From the human T2T-CHM13v2.0 reference genome, Homo sapiens: a stretch of DNA of 64,000 nt. A model generated the notes under the pieces. The model was not told the origin of the DNA. It worked only from the letters and a program-made list of their open reading frames with translations, and ran no database searches. Of the stretch, positions 1-6,338 are shown piece by piece (position 1 is the first letter of the stretch; the number at the start of each line of letters is the position of its first letter). Location of the stretch: assembly GCF_009914755.1 (NCBI RefSeq), contig NC_060946.1; one strand, written 5' to 3'. The position numbers were made by a program, and so were the translations under genes.

Positions 1-27
1 GTCTGCCGTGGTCTCCATGAGAGTGCG

Positions 28-362
28 CCACATAAGATTCCCCCATTAAAAGTCATGAATTGAGTGGCTTTTAGTATACCTGTGGTTGTGCACATTCAAA
101 TTTAATTCGCAATTCATTGTAGAACGTCTTATCACTCCCGGCCAGAGAAAAACCCTGTAGACATTAGTCACTCCTCATTCTGTCTCAAACCCTCTCCCTG
201 ACCCTCAGCCCTAGGTAGCAACTACCTAGTGCGATCAATCCCATATGCATAGATTATCATATTGTGGACATTTCCTATAAGCGGAATTACACAATAGGTG
301 AGCTGTTATGACTGACATAACACGTAGCACAATATTTTCAAGATTCGTCCACATTGTAGGCT
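28..362 (-). mobile_element. Old L1M (L1MB-like) 3' UTR fragment; repeated in each unit
   Basis: Resembles the antisense L1MB 3' end as recalled: 'agtggcttttagtata', 'cattagtcactcctcattc', 'ggacatttcctataagcggaattacacaata', 'ttttcaagattcgtccacattgtag'. Boundaries approximate. Confidence 0.7.
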
Positions 363-410
363 TACCCACAGGGGGAAACCATTTTATTGGGGGCTTTTAG
401 TAACACCGGT

Positions 411-530
411 GTTTTCTCCTTCCTTACATCCTTCTTTCCATCCTTCCTTCCTTCCTTCCTTCCTGACTTCCTTCTTTCCTTCCCTCCTTCCTCCTATTTC
501 TCTCTTACTCCTTCTGCCCTCTCTCTTTCC
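411..530 (+). repeat. (TTCC)n / pyrimidine-rich simple repeat, variable in length between units
   Basis: Directly visible; longer at ~6720-6770, 38600, 51920 and 58365, shorter at ~13170 and 19600. Confidence 0.9.
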
Positions 531-718
531 TATGCCTTAGGTGCATCCCACATTCTGCGTTTTTTTGGGGGAAATCCTCGACAGGTGCAGGAAAATTGTG
601 TTATTGTAACTATTTACCGTTATCTCTCTTTCACGGCTCTCCATCAGTTGTGAACATCTATTGGTTTATCCCAAGTCACTAAGCATATTTTCATTAGGTA
701 AACCTGTTTTTCCTTATA

Positions 719-850
719 CAGCTGTTTCTGGAGTATAGGGTCGCATACTCATAAACCCAGTGTAACTCAGAAACGCATCTAATATTCCAGTAAACCCATC
801 ATAACGTTGAAAAATCGTAAATCAAACCATCATAAGTCACGGTTTGTCCG
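719..850. mobile_element. MER47/Tigger5-type non-autonomous DNA transposon remnant; repeated in each unit
   Basis: TA followed by CAG..., two 'taaaccca' sub-repeats, and 'gttgaaaaatcgtaaatcaaaccatcataagtc' match the recalled MER47 termini. Confidence 0.6.
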
Positions 851-1239
851 TGGATATGGGCGTCATCAATTCCATTGTATTCAGTAATGCTGTACACCAT
901 TAACAATGGCAGACTGATTGGGAGTGGATATTGATAGCATTATAAAAGTCAGTTATTAGAGGGATACTTCTTTAACCTGACTGAAGAACTGATCTAATGG
1001 CTTTAGTACAGTGCATGATTATGTGCGATGTTTTGAGACAGAGTAGTACATTTGTGAATGAAATTTTATGGCTTTTTTTTCACTTAGTAGGAACCATTGT
1101 GTGTGGAAAAGTGAGAAAATGGCTTTATGCTGTAGGGTCTGGCATTCATTGTAGATGTAAGCTTATTTTTCTGTGAGCAAATCTTATTCAATAAAATACT
1201 ACTCTTTATACTAAAAAACAAAAACAGTGGTGATGTGTG

Positions 1240-1565
1240 GTCATTACCCTCAGCAAACTTATCCAGGGAAAAGAAAACCAAACGCCACAACTCACTTATA
1301 ATGGGAGCTGAAAAATGAGATCCCATGGACACAGGAAGGGGAACAACACACACTGGGGCCTTCCGGGAGACAGAGCGTTAAGAAAAACAGCTACTGCATG
1401 CTGGGCCTAATACCTAGGTGATGGGTTGACAGGTGCAGCAAACCACCATGGCACACGTTAACCTTAGTAACAAATCTGCACATCCTGCACATATACCCCA
1501 GAACTTAGGAACGAAACGAAACAAAAGACAACGAAAAAGCAACAGCAAAACGCTAAAGGCAAAAT
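1240..1565 (+). mobile_element. L1PA (approximately L1PA8-13) 3' end with a decayed poly(A) tail; copies at offsets of about +6301, +12730, +19159, +25447, +31882, +38175, +45198, +51495, +57939
   Basis: 'ctcagcaaact...catggacacaggaaggggaacaacacacactggggcc...taatacctaggtgatgggttgacaggtgcagcaaaccaccatggcacacg...ctgcacatcctgcacat..ccccagaactta' followed by an A-rich tract. Confidence 0.9.
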
Positions 1566-1739
1566 AGAGTTTCAAACTGAGAAAGTGACAGACCAACGTC
1601 TGGTTCAAATCATGGTTCTCAACCCAGGTGCCATAAGGTCGGGATAAAGGATGTGGTTACATATTTTCAATAAGACATGCAGCAAATGACCAGAATGATT
1701 ATTCTCAACATATGTGTGTCTTCTAATTCAATGGTGACG

Positions 1740-2175
1740 CTATCTACCGGGACATAGCATTAGATTCCAAAGGGCCGAGTCCCGCCAGACAGGCCTCCCA
1801 CACTAATAACAATGGGAAGCCCTACGTTGCTTTACCTGTGCTTCTCAGCCACTGGCTATAAATCAGGTTGCCACCACTCCCAGATTTAGTTGCATTCATT
1901 TGCTGGAAGAGCTCACAGCACGCAGGGAAACACTTACATTTGCCGTTGTATTTTAGCGGACATTGCACAAAGTTCAGAAAAAAATGTGGGGCCCGGCATG
2001 TGGGGAGGGGCGCACTACCTTCCAGGAAGTGCTATCCAGAAGCTCTCTGAACCCAGTCCTTTTGGGTTTTGATGGAGACCTCATTCTATAGGCATGATGG
2101 GTTAAACCATAGGCTATTGGTGATCAACTCCACCTGGGGCTCTCCACCCTCCCTGGAAATTGGGGTTGAGGCTTT
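1740..2175 (-). mobile_element. MER21-family LTR fragment; repeated in each unit
   Basis: 'ggctataaat', 'gctcacagcacgcagggaaacacttac', 'gaagctctctgaacccagtccttttgggtttt.atggag', 'taggcatgat' and 'attggtgatcaactc' match the recalled antisense MER21 consensus. Boundaries approximate. Confidence 0.72.
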
Positions 2176-2253
2176 GCCATCCTCAGTCTGACTAAAAGAA
2201 TTTACCCAAACGGAATTTTAAAACAGATGAGCATAACTGGAATCTTAATTAGA

Positions 2254-2264
2254 TGATTGGATTA
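2254..2264 (-). promoter_or_regulatory. DUX4-type double-homeodomain motif TAATCCAATCA, 871 bp upstream of the ATG in every unit
   Basis: TGATTGGATTA on the + strand is TAATCCAATCA on the - strand, matching the TAAYBBAATCA consensus. An adjacent TAATTAGATGA is a partial second site. Confidence 0.55.
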
Positions 2265-2726
2265 TCTGGAGCCACACCTTGATATTCCTAACCCGAGCAC
2301 CCTCATCCAACGAATGCTCCACCCAACTGGCTCCCAAGTCTCTACGTGGTTCCAGAGCAAAAGGATGTTGATACAACGCATATCTCCACCTTTTCTTCAA
2401 AGTCTTTTCGCTTACACGGAAAGACTTCTTCAACTGCCATGCATCAGGGTCAGGGGATTGTCTTGTTATAACACAGATCTGCGGATCTCCGGCGTTTGAC
2501 TGTGGCAAGGATGCTGCTGGTGTCAAAACCACAACGTGGGAACCACAGAACCACTAGTGGGTTTTCAGTGTTTCAGTGCATACAATTCCTAATATATCTG
2601 GCCAAGAAAACTTGTAAGTTCTTAGATTGTCCCAAAGGTGGCGCATGAAATCAAAGCAGGAGAACAGTTTCCTACGAGGTGTAGCCTGGGAAAGTTGGGG
2701 GTGACTGATGGAAAGGAGGAGTGAAG

Positions 2727-2797
2727 CTCCGCCCTTTCCGCTGCTAGGCTGCGCCCGAGGCTATTTAAACCCACCCTGGCTGGCCTGTACTCAGATC
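2727..2797 (+). promoter_or_regulatory. Pol II core promoter: GC box, TATA box and Inr; repeated in each unit
   Basis: CTCCGCCC at 2727-2734, TATTTAAA at 2762-2769 and TCAGATC (YYANWYY) at 2791-2797. The Inr A at 2793 is 31 nt after the TATA start. The region is locally CpG-rich. Confidence 0.65.
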
Positions 2798-2917
2798 TTC
2801 GCGGAGCGGATCAGCGGCCGGAGCGTTTGGCGGACTCTGCGTGGACTTGGAGCTCACAGCGTCTTGCGACTTGGAAGCGGATTCAGAGGACAGGACAGAA
2901 CACTTGGGCAAGTGAAT

Positions 2918-2918
2918 C

Positions 2919-2949
<31 letters not shown>

Positions 2950-3063
2950 CATTGGTTGGTTGATTTCCATTTTCTTAAGGGGCACATACCTCACACCGCA
3001 CACACACAAACACACACACGCACACACACACGCACACGCACACGCACACACACGCACACACAC
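2918..3063 (+). repeat. (TCTG)n at ~2918-2948 and compound (CA)n/(CACG)n at ~2992-3063
   Basis: Directly visible between the promoter and the ATG in every unit. Confidence 0.92.
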
Positions 3064-3124
3064 TCCTTCCTTCTGCGAGTTAGAACATTAGTAGGGGCCC
3101 CTGGGAGCTGCAGGTTTCCTAATC

Positions 3125-6103
3125 ATGTCTGCACCTAAGAACGGTAGGGTCTTGTCTGGCTCTTCTTATGAACGGTCCCCCAGCCCGGACTCCCCAAGGT
3201 CCATGCGAACCTCACCCAGCTTCCCCCTCTCCCCTCTCAGAAACTCAGGCTTAAGGGGAAGCTCCTCACCAGGGATCCGGAGCTACCATTCACCATCCCC
3301 TAGGGCTTCACCACACTCACCTCTGTCATCACCAGAATCCCACAAGCTCCCATTTCCCTGTCCTCACCGTGATGGGCAATCAATGAAGCCATTGGGCTCT
3401 CCCGTGTCCTCCTCTGAGGATTCCTCAGAGTCCCCACGTTCATCAATAATATACCACATGTTCTTACTGCCATCACCCAGCAGCTCACCCCAGGCTCTCG
3501 GGGGGTCTCCCGTGTCTCCCAGCTACTCTCCAAACAACCCCAGATTTCAGCTGCAGTCAGCCCCCCACACCCAGGAATCACCTACAAACTCACGAGCCTC
3601 ACTTTGCTCCACCCCTGCGTCTTTCATCTCTTCACCCCAAGGCCTCAGGGACTCTCCTGTGGCTCCCAGTTACTCTCCAGCCATCCCCAGGTTCCTGCGG
3701 GAGTCAGCCCCATGCGCCCAGGAGTCCCCCAGAGACTCACAGGTCTCGGGAGATTATGAGCGGTCCCCCAGCCCTGACTCCTCAAGATTCATGCCTGCCT
3801 CACCCAGCTTCTCCCTCTCCCCTCCCAGAAACTCAGACCCAAGGGGCAGCTCCTCACCAGGGATGTGGAAGTCCTCTACATCATCCCGCAGGGCTTCACC
3901 ACTCTCACATCCGTCATCAACAGAATTCCACAACTTTACGTTTCCCATTCCTAACCAAGCAGGACAGTCACTCATGTCATTGTGTTCTCCCGTGACCTCC
4001 TCTGGAGATTCTTCACAGTCACCTCATTCATCAATAATATACCATATGTTCTTACTGCCATCATCCAGCAGCTCACCCCCAGCCACCCATGACTCTCCTG
4101 TCTGTCCCAGCTACTCTCCAACTACGCCCAGATTTCAGCGGGAGTCTGTACCCCACACCCCAGAAACACCTACAAACTCACAGACCTCAGTGAGATCCTC
4201 GCCAGTCTCTCTCACGTCTTCACCCCCAGCCCTTACGGACCCTCCAGTCTGTTCCAGCTACTCTCCAACCACGCCCACATTTCAGCGCGGGTCAGTTCCA
4301 GGAACCCAGGGATCACCACCAAGCCCACCGCTTTCACTGAGTTACTCCCCAGTCTCTAGCACGTCTTTATCTCCAACCCTCAGGGACTCGCCTGTCTGTC
4401 CCAGCTACTCTCCAAACACGCCCACACTTCAGCGGGAGTCCGTTGCAGGCACCCAGAAGTCACCACCAAACTCACCAATTTCACTGCGTTATTCCCCAGT
4501 CTCTCTCATGTCTTCACCATCCCTCAGGGACTCTCCCGTCTGTCCCAGCTACTCTCCAACCACGCCCACATTTCAGCTGGAGTCAGTTCCAGGCACCCCG
4601 GAATCACCACCAAACTCACCAATTTCACTCAGTTACTCCCCAGTCTCTAGCACGTCTCTATCTCCAACCCTCAGGGACTCTCCTGTGTGTCCCAGCTACT
4701 CTCCAACCACGCCCACACTTCAGCGGGAGTCAGTTCCAGGCACCCAGGAATCACCACCAAACTCACCAATTTCACTCAATTACTCTCCAGTCTCTCTCGT
4801 GTCTTCACCAGCCCTCAGGGACTCTCCTGTCTGTCCCAGCTACTCTCCAACCACCCCCACATTTCAGCTGGAGTCAGTTCCAGGCACCCCGGAGTCACCA
4901 CCAAACTCAACAGTTTCACTCAGTTACTCCTCGGTCTCTCTCATGTCTTCACCCCCAGCCCTCAGGGACTCTCCTGTGCGTCCCAGCTACTCTCCAACCA
5001 TGCCCAGATTCCAGCGGGAGTCAGTTCCAGGCACCCATGTATCACCACCAAACTCAGCAGTTTCACTGAGTTACTCCCCAGTCTCTCTCATGTCTTCACC
5101 CCCAGACCCCTGGGACTCTCCTGTCTGTCCCAGCTACTCTCCCACCACGCCCAGATTTCAGCGGCAGTCAGCCTCCCACACTCCGGAATCAGATACAGAC
5201 TCACAGACTTCACTGAACTCTTCCCTGGTCTCTCTCAGGTCTTTGCCCTCATCCCACAGGGACTCTTGTGTCTCTTTCAGCTACTCTCAAAACTTCTCTA
5301 GATTCCAGCTGGAGTCAGTTCCAGGCACCCACGATACACCACCGAACTCACGAATTTCACTGACTTACGCCCCAGTCTCCCTCATGTTCTCACCCCCAGC
5401 CCTCAGGGACTCTTCTGGCTCTCTCAGCTACTCTCCAACCATCTCCAGATTTCACCTGGAGTCAGCTTCCCACACCCTGGAATCACCTGCAAATTCACGG
5501 ACCTTACTGCAACCATCCCCCATTTCTTTCACCTCTTCACCCCCTGCCTTCAGGGACTCTCCTGGGTCTCCCAGCTTCTCTCCAGCCTTCCCCAGATTTC
5601 TGCCACAGTCAGCCCCAGGCACCCAGGACAACCCTAGACACTCACAGGCCTCACCAGACTATCTCCCTATGACCTGTACCTATACAGGGATGGCTCCCAC
5701 GCATCCCTCAGTGACCCCAAACCCATCTCCACTTACACTCAGGCACTCCCAGGGCCTGACAGCTACTCCCCGTTATTGTCCTTCAGTTCGAAGCCCTGGC
5801 CAATCTACTAGCCCACATGACGCAGTTACCTGGCCATTTCTCCACGGTTCCCGGGAGGGCCCCACACCCAGCCGCACAAGAGCCCCTCCTGCATTCCGTC
5901 CTCACACGCAGGCCTGTCCATCTACTTGCTACTGTCACACTCTTGCCAGCAGAAGAGGCCCCTGTAATGGCCGATATCACCACCCAGGCTATCCTCACCC
6001 CACAGCTGTGCAGCGGGACCCCCCTGCTGGCCCACGTGGCTGCCACAGCCCATGCTGGCACGACGCTCCAGCAGGTCGGTGTCCCTGCGGACCAAACTAC
6101 TGA
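3125..6103 (+). CDS. Copy 1: Ser/Pro/Thr-rich, RPB1-CTD-like repeat protein, 992 aa (putative)
   Basis: Uninterrupted 2979-nt ORF; ATG has A at -3; TATA/Inr upstream; 16 YSP motifs, 6 of them YSPTTP; ends CGPNY*. Confidence 0.62.
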   Translation: MSAPKNGRVLSGSSYERSPSPDSPRSMRTSPSFPLSPLRNSGLRGSSSPGIRSYHSPSPRASPHSPLSSPESHKLPFPCPHRDGQSMKPLGSPVSSSEDSSESPRSSIIYHMFLLPSPSSSPQALGGSPVSPSYSPNNPRFQLQSAPHTQESPTNSRASLCSTPASFISSPQGLRDSPVAPSYSPAIPRFLRESAPCAQESPRDSQVSGDYERSPSPDSSRFMPASPSFSLSPPRNSDPRGSSSPGMWKSSTSSRRASPLSHPSSTEFHNFTFPIPNQAGQSLMSLCSPVTSSGDSSQSPHSSIIYHMFLLPSSSSSPPATHDSPVCPSYSPTTPRFQRESVPHTPETPTNSQTSVRSSPVSLTSSPPALTDPPVCSSYSPTTPTFQRGSVPGTQGSPPSPPLSLSYSPVSSTSLSPTLRDSPVCPSYSPNTPTLQRESVAGTQKSPPNSPISLRYSPVSLMSSPSLRDSPVCPSYSPTTPTFQLESVPGTPESPPNSPISLSYSPVSSTSLSPTLRDSPVCPSYSPTTPTLQRESVPGTQESPPNSPISLNYSPVSLVSSPALRDSPVCPSYSPTTPTFQLESVPGTPESPPNSTVSLSYSSVSLMSSPPALRDSPVRPSYSPTMPRFQRESVPGTHVSPPNSAVSLSYSPVSLMSSPPDPWDSPVCPSYSPTTPRFQRQSASHTPESDTDSQTSLNSSLVSLRSLPSSHRDSCVSFSYSQNFSRFQLESVPGTHDTPPNSRISLTYAPVSLMFSPPALRDSSGSLSYSPTISRFHLESASHTLESPANSRTLLQPSPISFTSSPPAFRDSPGSPSFSPAFPRFLPQSAPGTQDNPRHSQASPDYLPMTCTYTGMAPTHPSVTPNPSPLTLRHSQGLTATPRYCPSVRSPGQSTSPHDAVTWPFLHGSREGPTPSRTRAPPAFRPHTQACPSTCYCHTLASRRGPCNGRYHHPGYPHPTAVQRDPPAGPRGCHSPCWHDAPAGRCPCGPNY
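4091..5700 (+). repeat. 147-bp satellite monomer array (ACRO1-like) inside the ORF; present in every unit
   Basis: Monomer starts (GAC of the DSPV-type motif) at 4091, 4238, 4385, 4529, 4676, 4820, 4967, 5114, 5261, 5408 and 5555, spaced 147 or 144 bp. Two further monomers lie at ~3503 and 3650. Confidence 0.9.
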
Positions 6104-6332
6104 TGACATGTCTAGCGTGACCCTCCTTCCTGGCAGTGACACTGTTGATGTGAACCCCAATTTCACATCTGTCATTTGTAAATAGGACCATTTTCCCTTT
6201 TCGCTCTCCCTTCCATTCACAGGGCTTTTCATTCTCTCTGTTACTGCCTCCGTTTCAGATATTTACTCACCTTTTTCTCTCTCACTATGTCTGCCGTGGT
6301 CTCCATGAGAGTGCGCCACATAAGATTCCCCC

Positions 6333-6338
6333 ATTAAA
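6333..6338 (+). terminator. Candidate polyadenylation signal ATTAAA, ~230 nt after the stop codon (equivalent site at 45-50)
   Basis: First A(A/T)TAAA hexamer downstream of the ORF, followed by GT/T-rich sequence (gagtggcttttag...tgtggttgtg). Confidence 0.45.

Noticed and set aside
1856-1863. TATAAA as the gene's promoter
   Set aside because: It lies inside the MER21 remnant ~1.27 kb upstream of the ATG with several intervening ATGs. The GC box/TATA/Inr cluster at 2727-2797 fits better.
387-3138. Short spacer ORFs of 60-127 aa recurring in every unit
   Set aside because: They overlap simple repeats and L1/MER21 remnants, and many start at non-ATG codons. Their recurrence only reflects unit duplication.
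4443-5301. Overlapping 204-257 aa ORFs in the other two forward frames
   Set aside because: They begin at non-ATG codons and are a by-product of a stop-poor repeat whose period is a multiple of 3.
4091-5700. CRISPR-like repeat-spacer array
   Set aside because: Monomers are homologous along their full length with no unique spacers, there are no cas genes, and the context is primate.
3125-6103. Calling the ORF POLR2A/RPB1, a mucin or an extensin
   Set aside because: There are no polymerase domains (no NADFDGD), no perfect YSPTSPS runs, and no signal peptide or transmembrane segment. The similarity is limited to degenerate heptads and composition.
5783-6232. Antisense 149-aa and 89-aa ORFs over the 3' end
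   Set aside because: No promoter context or recognisable protein features, and such lengths are expected in GC-rich sequence.
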